Origin: Iphione sp. A-MEVVRFRX5
Taxonomy: Eukaryota
Length of the DNA: 64,000 bases
Assembly (NCBI GenBank): GCA_976226885.1
Contig: OZ320314.1
Coordinates: 47,058,001-47,122,000 of the forward strand
Direction of reading: 5' to 3'
In this document: positions 1 to 12,099 of the stretch, piece by piece
Position numbering within the stretch: the first letter of the stretch is position 1
Layout: each line of letters opens with the position of its first letter
The notes under the pieces: generated by a model
What the model was told of the DNA's origin: nothing
Databases searched by the model: none
Seen by the model: only the letters and a program-made list of their open reading frames with translations
Position numbers and translations under genes: made by a program

Positions 1-1201
1 ATTCACGCTCCTCCGGAAGTATAGTGTTATCACCTAGCATGACATCATCCTCTAGCTGACCCTCTAAGAGCTGTCCTTCCTCCTCGTCCTGCTCCTCCTC
101 CTGCGCTTCCACCTCATATTCTTCTTGAGCCATCGATTCCTCAGCGGATCTCACAGGAGAGCCTCTTCTCATGAGCCTCCTCTTGGACACCGCTTCCGCT
201 GATGAAACGTTTTCATTGATGTTGACCTCTGGCGGGTCCTCAAGATCATCACCTTCGTGTCCATTCATGGTAGGACCCGGAAAGCCCGAGTGTGGCCCGA
301 GGAGCACCTTCTTCATGGTGGTCTGGCTCGGGCCGGGCGCCGGCAGCCGATCAGCGGGCGTGGCCGGTGAGTTACTTCCTGTTCCTTCATCAATAGTCAC
401 CATAGGCGGAGGCAGATTTGACCAGAACGGGATCTCGCGAGACGGCCGGCGTTCAATGTCCATCGCCGCCGTTGGGTCAATGCTTGCCGATCCACTGCAC
501 GTGCTCCCTCCCCCTCCACCTACTCCTGGTACAACTCCTACATTGCCAGCGGCCAAGGCAACAGGTGCTAACGCCATGTAGACAGCCTCTCTGGTCATGG
601 TGGCGCAGACGCTTGGTCGACGCGGTTGGTGGATGGCGATAATGGCGCGGGTCATCATCTTCTTCGCGCGCTGCTTCTCCTGCTTCTCCATCTGGTGGTC
701 GATCTTGTGCCAGCTCCTCTGGAAGTTTTTCACCTCGTCCTCGTCCCAGTCACGTCGCAGACTGAACGCTACGAGGACGCCAATGGACAGTCCGTATAAG
801 GACACCACCGACACGGCGAAGTACATGGCTCCCTTCTCGTCGTAAGGGCCCCGGTGCGCCTCCTGTCGCTTGCGGTTCTTTTTGTGCCGCTCCGCCTTCT
901 GCGGCTTGACGTCGTCGATCCGGTTTAGTCGGACAATACCGGAGAGGTTCTCCGACTTGAACTCCAAGATGAGGTCGTTGCTGAGACCCGGCGGCAGGGC
1001 GCCACCCTCGTTGTTGTCGGAGTCGGCGCTGGCCGCCGCCGGCTGGTTAAACTCCACCATACGTAGGTCCAGGTTGTGAAGCTGGGGCTTTGATACAGGC
1101 ATGGCTTGACAACATAGGCCACCCATCAAAACGTCACCCACAAAATAGATAGACAAGACCACCAAACACAATTTGCGCATTCCGTATCTGGGGGCTGCCA
1201 T
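1..1201 (-). CDS. Uncharacterised single-pass (type I-like) membrane protein, 3'-incomplete (at least 400 codons)
   Basis: Frame is open from ATG 1201 (context caaaATGG) to the window edge: MAAPRYGMRKLCLVVLSIYFVGDVLMGGLCCQA (signal-peptide-like), then ...YDEKGAMYFAVSVVSLYGLSIGVLVAFSLRRDWDEDEVKNFQRSW (one TM segment plus a charged helix), then an acidic C-terminal region. GC-rich and coding-like; probably missed by the ORF track because no stop falls in the window. Confidence 0.85.
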   Translation of the reverse strand, partial: MAAPRYGMRKLCLVVLSIYFVGDVLMGGLCCQAMPVSKPQLHNLDLRMVEFNQPAAASADSDNNEGGALPPGLSNDLILEFKSENLSGIVRLNRIDDVKPQKAERHKKNRKRQEAHRGPYDEKGAMYFAVSVVSLYGLSIGVLVAFSLRRDWDEDEVKNFQRSWHKIDHQMEKQEKQRAKKMMTRAIIAIHQPRRPSVCATMTREAVYMALAPVALAAGNVGVVPGVGGGGGSTCSGSASIDPTAAMDIERRPSREIPFWSNLPPPMVTIDEGTGSNSPATPADRLPAPGPSQTTMKKVLLGPHSGFPGPTMNGHEGDDLEDPPEVNINENVSSAEAVSKRRLMRRGSPVRSAEESMAQEEYEVEAQEEEQDEEEGQLLEGQLEDDVMLGDNTILPEERE

Positions 1202-1559
1202 TTTGTTTTGTCTTTTTTGTTGTTGTTCACCTCTATAATACCGATTACAATGTCCACTATTTCCTTCTGGAATTCTGCTTAGACGGTGCGAATTATAAAG
1301 CATTCTTTGTTCGGTCGGTCACTTTCTTTCATCCTCTCCATCTCTCTGTCTGTGCTCTCCTTTCTTACTCGACCATTAGTCTCTTCATACTCCTCCTCTA
1401 TATACGTTTCCCTTCCCTCCGTTTGGCTGTCTGTCTGTCTTTTTACGCTCTCTCGCTTTTACGATCTCTCTCTCCCTATCTCTTCTTGTCCTCTTATATC
1501 TTTTCACCCCCCATCACTCTATTTTCCTCTTCACATAGCACTCACTCATCTTTATGTTT

Positions 1560-1577
1560 CCTTCTCTTCTCTTCTCT

Positions 1578-1628
<51 letters not shown>
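1560..1628. repeat. (CT)n microsatellite
   Basis: Direct dinucleotide run. Confidence 0.95.
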
Positions 1629-1631
<3 letters not shown>

Positions 1632-2229
1632 CTTATGCTGGTGGTATGGGTGCGTGTTTGTGTGCTGCTGAGTAAGCAGTGTTTATGACTGCAGGTCACA
1701 GATCCCGTCCTGTCCTCTCCTTGGCGCCGCTACCGCCGACGTCGCCGCCGCTGCCACTAGGCTGGACCGAGCCTTAATCTCCTGGAGGCTGGTGACCCTT
1801 AGCGACCTAAGACTGTCCCTCACCCTCCAACTGATCATCGTCGTCCTCTTCTTCCTTGTCCTGCAGCCTCTCTCCATGGTGTTTGTAGGACTACTACCTC
1901 CTAGGGTAGACCTCCTATTGACTGATGTCGGTGCCTGCTATTGCTGCTGCTGCTAGCTGCCTGGTGTACAGGGCCGGCCCACCGCTGCCGCTGCAACTGC
2001 CGATCTGAGCGCTTCCGTGTGAAAGCGTGTGTGTGTATGTGTGTGCGGTGCCTGCACCGTCACTGCCTTACCTGCTCCGCCTCGCTCACAGCAGCCGTTG
2101 AGCGACTAGGGGGGTAGGGGTGGAGAGAAAGGGGGATGGAGAGGGAGCGACAGAGGGAAGTAGTGCTTCTGGCAGCAGTTATAGAAGCAGCAGCAGACAT
2201 GCCATCAGGACCTACGTGCATTGAGAAGG

Positions 2230-2990
2230 GTGGTGGTAGTTGTTGCTTTTGTTGTTATTGGTGTTGTTGGTGTCGCTGGAGGTGACGGTTGTTGTTATTG
2301 ATGGAGGTGGTGGTTAGCGGAGGCAATGATTGTGATGGTTGTCATTTTTTTGTTAGTGATCATGGCGAATCGTGGGCGGTGTAGTTGTTCCTTTTGGTGT
2401 TATTCGTGTTGTTGGTGGCGATGGTTGTTGTTAGTTGGGGAGGTGGTGGTGATGATGATGGTTTTTGTTGTTATTGGTGGTGGTGGTTAGTGGTGGTAAT
2501 AATTGATTACAATGGTTGTCACGGTTGTTGGTGATCGTGGTGGTGAATCTTGGGTGGTAGTCTTATACCATCATTATTATTTTTATCGTACTGAATGGTA
2601 GTCGTAGTAGTGGTGGTTGTTGCTGTTAGTGTTATTGGTGCTGTTGGGAGGCAGTGGTTGTTGTTACTGTATTGGTTGGTGGTAGTGGTGATAAGAGGTC
2701 GTAGTGGTAGTGGTCGTTGTTGCTGGTGGTACTGAGTGGTGGTGACAGTATATGGTGGTGGTTGTTACTTTTGATTGTGAGTAGTGGTGGCTGCTGCTGT
2801 TGGTGCTATTATTGTCAGTGGTGGTGGTGGGTGGAGGGTAGTGGTTATTGTTCTTATTGTTGATGGTGGTGAAGATCGATGCTGGTGGTGGTGATGGTGG
2901 TTGTTGTTGGTGGTAGTCAATAGTTGTGTCAGTTGATAGTGGTGGTTGCTGGTGGTGTTGATGTTGTTTTGGAGGTGATAGCTAAAGACA
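2230..2990. repeat. Degenerate (GGT/GTT)n trinucleotide low-complexity tract
   Basis: About 750 bp of ggt/gtt/tag triplets; explains spurious His/Thr-rich ORF 2765-3091. Confidence 0.9.
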
Positions 2991-4188
2991 TGAAAATATA
3001 TGAACATGTGGAAAGTGATGCATTGAGAACCCTGAGATATGATATGTTGCGGCATATGAGGGAAAATAGACAAATTTGGTATATTTATCATGGTACAATT
3101 TAATCCCTGTTAACAGAGACACAGTTACTTATGAAACATCTTGCTATACCGGAATATTCTGTCTAAGATATTATTATAAAAATGACTGTACATGTATATG
3201 GATTGTTCATTAAATAGAATAATTTCCATGATTGGACGTCATTGTATGAGACAATAATCACACCATACAGTACTGGGAAAAGCTTCCTAAGTAAGCATGC
3301 AGGTCCTGGATTTCAAGTTCCTGGTTTTCATGTTGTACAGTATAGAGTAGCATGAAATACAAGACAATGAATAATAGATAGGTTGAGAACCACGAATATT
3401 TCCTAAAGTATTGCCAAAAGTAAAATAACAAAGAATGAGGTCAAAACAGAAAGATTGTAAAGTCATGAACAGGTTTGTTACCTTGCTCCTGGAATCAGTC
3501 ATGCTCCTAAGTTAAAGTTAGGTTGAAACTTTCACCCCATATCATAGGTGACATCCGGTATTTCAATGATGTGGTGCAACATCTTCTTCAAGCGGTATAT
3601 GAGATTCATTTGCTACATTTAACATTAGCCTACTCTCAGTTACGGATGGCCTATGACATGTAAGCCACTGTCTGTTGTTGTTTTGAGTAGTACTTTGTTA
3701 CAATGGATCACCGAAATAATTTTGTTTGATAATTCTTGGTTTATTACATGATTTGGCAGGGGAAAATCGTGCTAGAGAAACCCAAATAATTGCATGGATG
3801 GTTTTCCATCGCTGTATACTTCGTCGCATCCCTTTCGCACATCTGCACGACAGGGAGTTCGTAATACACAAATAGCGATAATAGGAGACCACAGTGAAGC
3901 GCTGCGTGCAAGTCAAAGTTATCGATCGATTTGTACCTAAAATCACAGACGAAAGGCGCGACACATTTAGCTCAATCCACGATGTGCCTTAAATCTCTCC
4001 GTTTGCAAGGGCTACGATACGGTATTTCCTCATACCCCCACCGAGCTGGATATGATAAGAACAATCTCAGCAAATTGCATCACACATGTGTGTTGGATGT
4101 TCGATTATGCACGCACTTTGAAAAGAAGTGCATCTCCCTCATGGATTCCTCTTAAACGATCCCATTTCTCCCATCTCTTGCATATTCA

Positions 4189-4384
4189 CAGGCCCGTAGC
4201 CAAGAAGGTATCGGGGGTATCGTCCGATACCCCCCACAGAAGCCAGGAGTTCCACTTTTCTAATGTAGGCCTATATACAATGTATATATATGCAGGCCTG
4301 TAGCCAAGGGGGTATCTGTTCCACCCCTGCAGTATTGGGTGTATCGTGCGATACCCCCCACAAAACTTCCTGGCTACGGGCCTG
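4189..4384. mobile_element. MITE family A, copy 1
   Basis: Termini caggcccgtagcc...ggctacgggcctg; internal palindrome gggggtatcg-tc-cgataccccc; second left-end-like sequence at 4293. Confidence 0.85.
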
Positions 4385-6005
4385 TATTCTGAAATGATTT
4401 GACCACAGTTGCTGGTTGTGCTCCCAGAGTGCTAGTTTAAATACCTGGGCGTTCACGTGCAGCTGTTTCTGCAAGGCAGGCAGAAGAATACATATGAATA
4501 TTATGTCTAATGCTATTCCTCATCTATTATGAATGTGAGCATTGAAAAACATCTTATCAACAAATGTGGGGAAAGGATTCAACGTAGTAGGTTAGTAGTG
4601 CTTCGTAAGAGAGATGTGTATATCAATTCACCTATCGATGGTAGGCTTGGACATTGTCCAGCTTCATCTTTCTGGGACTGCATGCTGAAGCCACTTATCT
4701 GTTTCCTAGATAAATATCCTCTTTATATGCTGTTCTCCATTTACTCACCACACATTCTCTCCTGTTCTATATCATCTTTAATAATGCTCCTCTGAATATG
4801 TTGCTTCTGCATTCTTTCTCCATACCATTCTCTTGTCTTATCTATTCTATGTCGTTCCATTATTTCTTGATGCTCCTCTTCATTCCTCCGTCACTATCTT
4901 TTCTCTCGTCATCATGTCCTTTTCCACACTACTTCCATTTTTCTCTATTCTGTCTATTCATTTTATATTGTTTATTTCTAATCTGTCTATGCCCCTTCAC
5001 CTTCCATACCTTTTCGTTTTCACCTCTTATTAGTCTCTCATCTTCTTCTCCTGTCAGTCTTGCCTATGTTCTACCTCTTTCTACGTTTCTGCCCGCTAGA
5101 GTCTACCCGATCTGCCCCGCCATCTATCTGACCGGCACTACTATGAGGGACATGCGTTAAGAGCATGTGTCGTCCTGTCGCCAATGTCGAGGGGCGTTGC
5201 ATAATATATGAAGTCATATATCGAAGGCAGTAGATGAGAGGTATCGGTGTTCCATAATACATGCTGCCGTATTGGACATGGCATAGAAAGGTATCGTATT
5301 TGCTGTTCCATTCAAGAGACCGTTGTTTTTTGGTTCTGATTCTCCTGAAGATTCTCCTACTAGTATTATGTATATGTGCACAGGAAAGGAAATTACTTGT
5401 TAAAAATGTAAAGGTTGCGTCTTGGTCACCTTACGATGCAAATCAACAGATCAATAGCTGGAAACTGTATGTGAGACAAACATTAGAATAAATTCTTTTA
5501 AGCGTTCAAAACTCTTCCATGAGCTACTTGCATGTCTATTCTATTATCTGTAACCCAGTGAAGAGAACACAAGAGTACGAATTTGATCCTTGTATTGAAG
5601 AATTTGGTAAACATATCTGACCCCTTATAAATGCCCAAAAGCACAGAAAAATAAGTGCTTAATGATGGGTCAGCTATTATATGGCATTGGGTACATCCAG
5701 CATTAGAACAGAAATAGAGGCGTAAGTTCATTCAAGCCTGTATCTCATGACTCTATGTACCATTGGTTAAATTCCTGAGTTGGTCAAGTTCAGAGTAGAA
5801 AAATATTTAGCTTCGTCGACACAGGTCTTAGCAGGACTGGATGTACAAGACGCACTAAAAGCAAAATGAGCGATATTTTCTCAAGGATATATATTGTCCT
5901 GTTCTTCAGGATAACTCATTTGGTTATATCATTCCTCCACTTGGCCAAAGTAATCTGCTTTACATTCCTAAACTGGTCACCGGATTTACCTTAATCTAAC
6001 ACATA

Positions 6006-8090
6006 CATTCTCAGTTAAGTCTAGCATTTGGGGTTGAGAAAACATAAAATTTTAAGTTCTTCATCTGCACATACCAATTAGTTCACTGAACCTAGAAGGC
6101 ATGAGTGATACATGCTGAAAAAATTAGCATCCAGGGTCATATATTTTTCTATTCATGCCTCCCTAAAGTTGCCTAGTCATTTTTTCACTGTTAACACATG
6201 TCATTTACGCTATATATGCTATAAACTATAAGTTTTAACTTTTTGGAAAGTTTTTACAGTAGTTAGATGATTTAGAAACTACTCCATGTAAGAAGCCACA
6301 CTGCTGCTTATAAAACAATCATGTCAGAAGATTAAGTCTATTTGATAGGTTTCAGAGCCTTTGACCAAAAATACATGAATTACATAATTATTCATTAATT
6401 TTCCTGATTTAGATGATTTAATTGGTGATTAGGGCTTAAACTTTAGGAGAACTATCAATATGACTGATTTAATGTAATGCTAACACTAATTCACTAAGGT
6501 GACTACTCAAGTTGAGTGAAAAGGATTATTGAAGGCCACTGACTCCATATTTTCCAAGATATTATTAGTTAATTGACTACACTGCATAATGTCGTAAATT
6601 ACATTTTTCAAAATATGTTTATAAGTGTTTTTTACTACTGAGGATTGAGAACAATATTTTACTACTTTTACAGGAGCAAATTGAGAATGTTCTATTGAGT
6701 TGATAAAGGTGAAGACATTTACTGCAAGAATTCATAATCCCATTTAGAGTAGAGTTAATATATAATCAGTATAACCTCTTATAAAAAGATATAAAATATG
6801 GATATATTGAAAAAAAAAGAATATTAACAATTAATAGATTGCTATGAAATATTATGGCTGCTAATCACTTCAAATTCAGTTTTAATGTTAATTTACTCAC
6901 AATTAGATGTAAAATACACATCTTGCAATAGTTTCAATTACTTGAATATCAAAATGTGAGAAATTATTACATTCTAATGTGAATAGTTCTTTCATAGGGT
7001 AATTTCATAAATATTGAATGTTTGTATCAGTGATAAAATTCAATTTATGTAGTTGTTATTCAGTGGGATAATGCCTAGGGCATATCTTTCAGGAGTAGGG
7101 TAATTCTATATCCATTATTTTTAGATCTTACTATAAACACCTTTTGAAATGAAAATATAGTGTAAATGACATGCCATAGCGTAAATGACAACACAGGAAA
7201 AATATAATTTGGATCTAAAGTAAAAAAAATGATATATTTTGTCTTAAAGGGTAATATTATCATAAAGGCAATAAAAATTTCTTCCAAAAATATGTAAAAA
7301 TTACATATTTCCCACATGAATATGAAAAAAATGGCGTAAATGACACATAGTGTAAATGACAAAAAGTGCCTTTTTGCCCTGTATAATTTTTTCTAACTGG
7401 TAATTTCTAGTTAAAACAAGTAATGAGACATACAATTGGACAGATGTTTTTACTGTATCAATAACAAGCCTTTTGCAACTCAATTTATTATCAGGAAGCC
7501 AATAGTGTAAATGACATTCTTAAAAAATCTCTCTTCTATAGACCTATGTTTCTCTACATGGAAGCAATTGGGTTCATAAATATGCTAAAAATGTTCATTT
7601 TTCCCATAAATTTCATGCTTGCCTATGAAATGACATACTGTATCACAAAATTTGATATATTAAATTATTCTGTATCATGCAGAAGGTGTATAATGGCGTA
7701 AATGACATAAAAACTATGGACATTTTATTCATCTATAGAACTTAGGAAGCTTCAGAGAAAATAGCCTATATATGTCTATAGATCTCTTTTCTGGCTCAAC
7801 TTTTTAGGGAGAAAACATTACTACAAGATTTATGCATATATTTTCTATTTTAATTTTATGATAATTTTATTTAGTGACCCAGTGGACATGTGCTTTTATG
7901 CTACATAGGGAATTGGAGATGAAATATTTTCTACTAATAGAAACATTTGCCATGGAAATCTATATACCACCATTTTCAGATAAATGCCAGGAACACAAAT
8001 ATATGATTTATTTTATAGACAACTTACTATTTTCCTTGATACATGCAAAAATTACTTAAAGACACCCTGTGCTACACTTAACTGAGAATG
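6006..8090. mobile_element. Non-autonomous DNA transposon, CACTA/CMC-like
   Basis: 21-bp TIR with 1 mismatch (cattctcagttaagt[c/g]tagca). A 14-bp motif at(a/g)g(c/t)gtaaatgac occurs direct at 7157, 7176, 7331, 7347, 7502, 7693 and inverted at 6200. No coding capacity seen. Superfamily is inferred. Confidence 0.7.
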
Positions 8091-8231
8091 GACCAACAAT
8101 GCATCACATTAATTTTTCCTTCATACACAAGTTAAATTTCCATCATGTATCTCTTATGAATTTTATTCCTATAGCAGGACCAATATATACATGGTGATCA
8201 TTTATACATATAAAAATATTATGTTTCTATT

Positions 8232-8550
8232 GGTAATGAGTTAGCTCAGTTGGTAAGAGTGCTGACTAGCCCTGGCCCACTGACTGAGAGGTCACAGGTT
8301 CAATCCAGGCCTGGGACTCATGAACAGACAGATTTACTGTAGGCCCAATCCAGAGTGGCCAAAATTTATATGAAAGACCACAAATATGTAGGATTCATTC
8401 CCCTATGCATAAAAATATTCCAGAAACCTGATCTAAAGGCAAGCATGGGGCAACCCTGGGTATTCTTGTCTCTCAATTATCAATAATAAATTATAGTATG
8501 CTGCTCCAGGAGGATATGGAAGGACAGCTGAAAAGGCTGAATATTTACTT
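8232..8550 (+). mobile_element. tRNA-derived SINE, family B copy 1
   Basis: Pol III A box tagctcagttgg (8242) and B box ggttcaatcc (8297); body shared with 34268-34550 (cccctatgca...ccaggaggatatggaag...gctgaatat). Confidence 0.75.
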
Positions 8551-11183
8551 CCTGGTTAAATATATGGAAAAAGAGACATTCTGCTTTTTTAAGAGTGCAT
8601 TGTTGCTCCCTCTTTATGTGCTTACTCCTTTCATCTCCATTTAGAAAACGTTTGTCGAATATCAGAAAACAGAAGGATGTCATCTTAGAACTACAGTGGC
8701 CTAAGCTTAGGTATATAGGAAGACATTAATTTGCTGCATGTATACATACAAGAGGATCATGTCCTTCATGGAGGCCGGCCTGCGTCAATTGTACTTCAAT
8801 GTGATACTGTCTGAGTGCATACATTTTTCTGTACATGATAACCAGGCAGGAATCAGCATGTTCACTTGGTAGAGCACATGAAGTACATAGAGGGACAGAG
8901 ATGGTTACTCTTGGTATAGTGAGGTCGGTGATCCTGGAGGTAATAGAGGAACAATTGATAAGGAGACTTCGGTGGTACTGGGATATATAATGAAAAATAT
9001 ATGGTCAGGAGGTACCACGAAGTAATGTAAGAACAAGTGTAGGAAGAAATGGGCTCTGAGATGTGTGCACAAGAAGATGTAGACATTTGGTATGGTGAAG
9101 TGCATGGGAGACACCATTGGTAATATTAAAGAAACAGCTAGTAGGGTAGATTTTGACATTTAAGGAGTGATGTGACAGAAGCATCTGTTATGGCAGCGTT
9201 GGAGACACCAGGGCTGGTACAAGTGCACTCAGTACGCCAAGGTGTAAAACTTTGAAGCGAGAAACGTTGGTATGGTTGGCTACAAACACATGAGGTAATA
9301 TGGCAAAAAGCTGATCTGGGAGGAGTAGAAGATACCTTTGTAATTAACAGTCATAGATATGAGAGACAGTGCAACAGAATGAATCTGTAGGACAGACAGG
9401 GAAGCGCAGATGTAAGAGCCAGTAGAAAGGACAGAGTGAGTGTGAAATAGAGGAAGAGTTGATGTAAGTGACAGGTAAATAGAAGTAAATACATGGAAAA
9501 GACATGACAAGCATAAGTAAGATAAATGAGTAAAAGTTTAGAACAAAAAGGAGGAGCAGATGTAAGAGGATAAACTTAAATAAAGTTGATAAAATGTATA
9601 GGGATCGGCATAAACATCAACTAGATTACGGGTAAAAGGACTAACGAAATACATGTAAAATAAGGCGATGTGTAAGAGACAGTTTAAAGGAGCAAAAGCA
9701 TTGCATAAATATAAAATAAAAGTATATCGATGAGACTGATGCAGGTAATAATGTATTGAAAAGACAATAAAACAAAATGTATGAGAGGATTAATTAGAGT
9801 AGCATTTCTAGGAGAAAGGTAATAAGATTACTATATAACAAGAAAGACATGATTATGAGACAAATAACATAAGGGAAATATAAAGGGGTGAGTAATGTAG
9901 CAGAGGCAAGTCTCTGGTGGGAGCACAATTCCGACTCACTAAATGTTAACAGTTTAAAATGTATTATTTTTCATTCATACTCTTCTTTCAATTCCGATTA
10001 ATAATTTTTCGGCTAAGAATAGTTTATGCAATCTTGTGGCCAATTTTAGAGCCAGACTCCGTATAAAAGGGCCATGCTTTCCCGAATAAAGTAATTACTC
10101 GCACACTGCACCTGGAAAGGGTCATATCCAGCAGACATCCTGCATTTGGAGTGAACTAGATATTCTGTGTGGACTTTCTTCATTCCTACAGGATTGCAGC
10201 TATCTTTCATTAGAGACCAGGCATATGTTACAGTAATAAGAATTGAGATCAAACAGAGACAGATAGAAGTAAGTGTAATAATACGATAACAGTCGGCAAC
10301 GTGAACGTGCCAACTATAGCAAGGGGGGGTCAAAACAACAGCAGTAGCAGCTGCTGGAAGATCGGCGGTCTTCCGTACGGCCAACACAATACAAGACTCG
10401 ACTGGTAGGGAGCGCTAAAGGTGAGCAGATGGTGTTCGGTGGCCGACTGCAGTCACATCAAAGAGGCAGGCAGGCAGGCGCTTGGGATCAATCCTGGCAG
10501 TGGGAGAGAAGGAGGGATGGAGGGGGCGGGGGGGGGGGGGCAGAGAGGACTTGCAGTGGGTGCGGATCAATAAGCTGCAGTGTGCACCGGGGTATGTGGT
10601 AGAGCCGTTATATATCCAGTCGCGTATCATAATGAGCCCCTGCCTGGGCACAACACTTTCACACCACCATGTAGTGAGGAGAAGCAGCGAGGCGGATACT
10701 TCGGTGAGGAGGAGGTGTCCCCAATACACAGGACAAAAGATGTATTCGAAGAGACGTGGCAGGGAAGTGTGTGCATGTTTGATATAGAGCAGACCAGAAT
10801 GAGTGAATAGGGCAGGAGGGAGGAAAGGGGGTGGGGGTGGGCGGCAAGAGAAAGATAGGTGAGGTAGAAAGACGGTGAGAAAGAAGAGAAGGAAGGAGAC
10901 AAGTGTATTTGTGTGCATAGTAAAGTGGGAATTTAGAGGGGAGAGACGGTGATAGAGAGGAGAAAAGATGTGGAGATCTGGGAAAGGTTTTGAGAGAGTG
11001 AGAGGAAGATTCAGAGAGGGAAAAGAGAGAAATATATGGCAGAGGGTAACGGAAGATAGCTTAGAAAGGGAATGTGTTTGTGGTAAGGGGAAACAATCTT
11101 TGGTGCCATCTGAAACAAGCTATTTTAATCCCTGTTGTTAAAGAGGAGGGACGAACGATTTTGCATGTACAGTAGGTGCATTA

Positions 11184-11513
11184 GGCCAAATGAAAATAGG
11201 TATGTTCCTGTTGACCCACCCCTACCTAGTAAAACCTCACCCTACCTAAAAGATGTTTGGCCCTAAAGAGTTTTGAAGGCTGAATTCCCTTAGATACATG
11301 GTTTTTGGTAATTTCAGTAGAAAAACAACAAAATACATGGCAATTCAGCAAAAAACTATAAGACACATGCAACTTGGTCAAAATTCTTCATATTGTCTTT
11401 ATTATTATTGAAAACCAGAGGAAGAAAGTAGAAAAAATTCTAAAAAAAGATAGCCTCCCTCCCTAACTAGGTTTTTGGCTGGTCATAACAAGAAACACAC
11501 CTATTTTTGTGCC
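11184..11513. mobile_element. Tourist/PIF-Harbinger-like MITE
   Basis: Imperfect TIRs starting ggc (aaaataggt[a/g]tgtt..tgtt..gacc..acctagt); 3-bp flanks tta/tca resemble a TWA TSD. Confidence 0.55.
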
Positions 11514-12099
11514 TCATAAAGCAGTGCCTTTACTAAATGACAGGCAAGATGAAATGGAATATCACACTGGTAAGGCTCTTTCAAAACATTGGATAACAAA
11601 TGAATGCATTGGGTAAACTTAATGAATGAAATATCTTTGAATTTTTCCAAGTACATTTACCTATTCAATGACCGATGACTCTAAGTACATGAATATAATA
11701 CGTTGATCAGCATGATCTCTGGTCCCCCATTTAGAAAGTGTCCACAGATGTAAGTAATAATACTTTTCTTAAATGTCTAAGAGATCACTGAGTAGGAGGG
11801 CAGTTATGAAAACCGCAAGGTCTAGACAGATGGCTAGACATACAGTGCACTGTATCATATCAAATTGAATCGAAAATACTTTTTTCATCACACTGTCGTA
11901 ATAGTAAGTCATGATGCTGAATAATATACCTAATATGACAGCTAAAATGCATTCATAGTACACATAGACTCGCACATTTGATAGTAGGGATATTGGTTAA
12001 GGGTCGGTATGATAACATTGAATTTTGTGACAAAAATATAAATTAACAATCAAAGACATTCTCTGCACAGCACGATTAACTCCTCTCTACCTGTAATAT

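Noticed and set aside
171-1122. Plus-strand ORFs 171-581, 418-642, 597-845, 870-1079 and minus ORF 925-1122
   Set aside because: Antisense or off-frame shadows of the real minus-strand CDS 1201 to <1.
1683-2100. GC-rich stretch with short ORFs on both strands
   Set aside because: All frames close quickly and no consistent splice path was found; more likely 5' UTR or regulatory sequence of gene 1.
5490-5990. Possible LINE C-terminal zinc-knuckle remnant (CTQCHII...)
   Set aside because: Too degenerate; no diagnostic RT motif.
8860-9300. Possible LINE ORF1 CCHC remnant on the minus strand
   Set aside because: Needs several frameshifts and the match is subjective.
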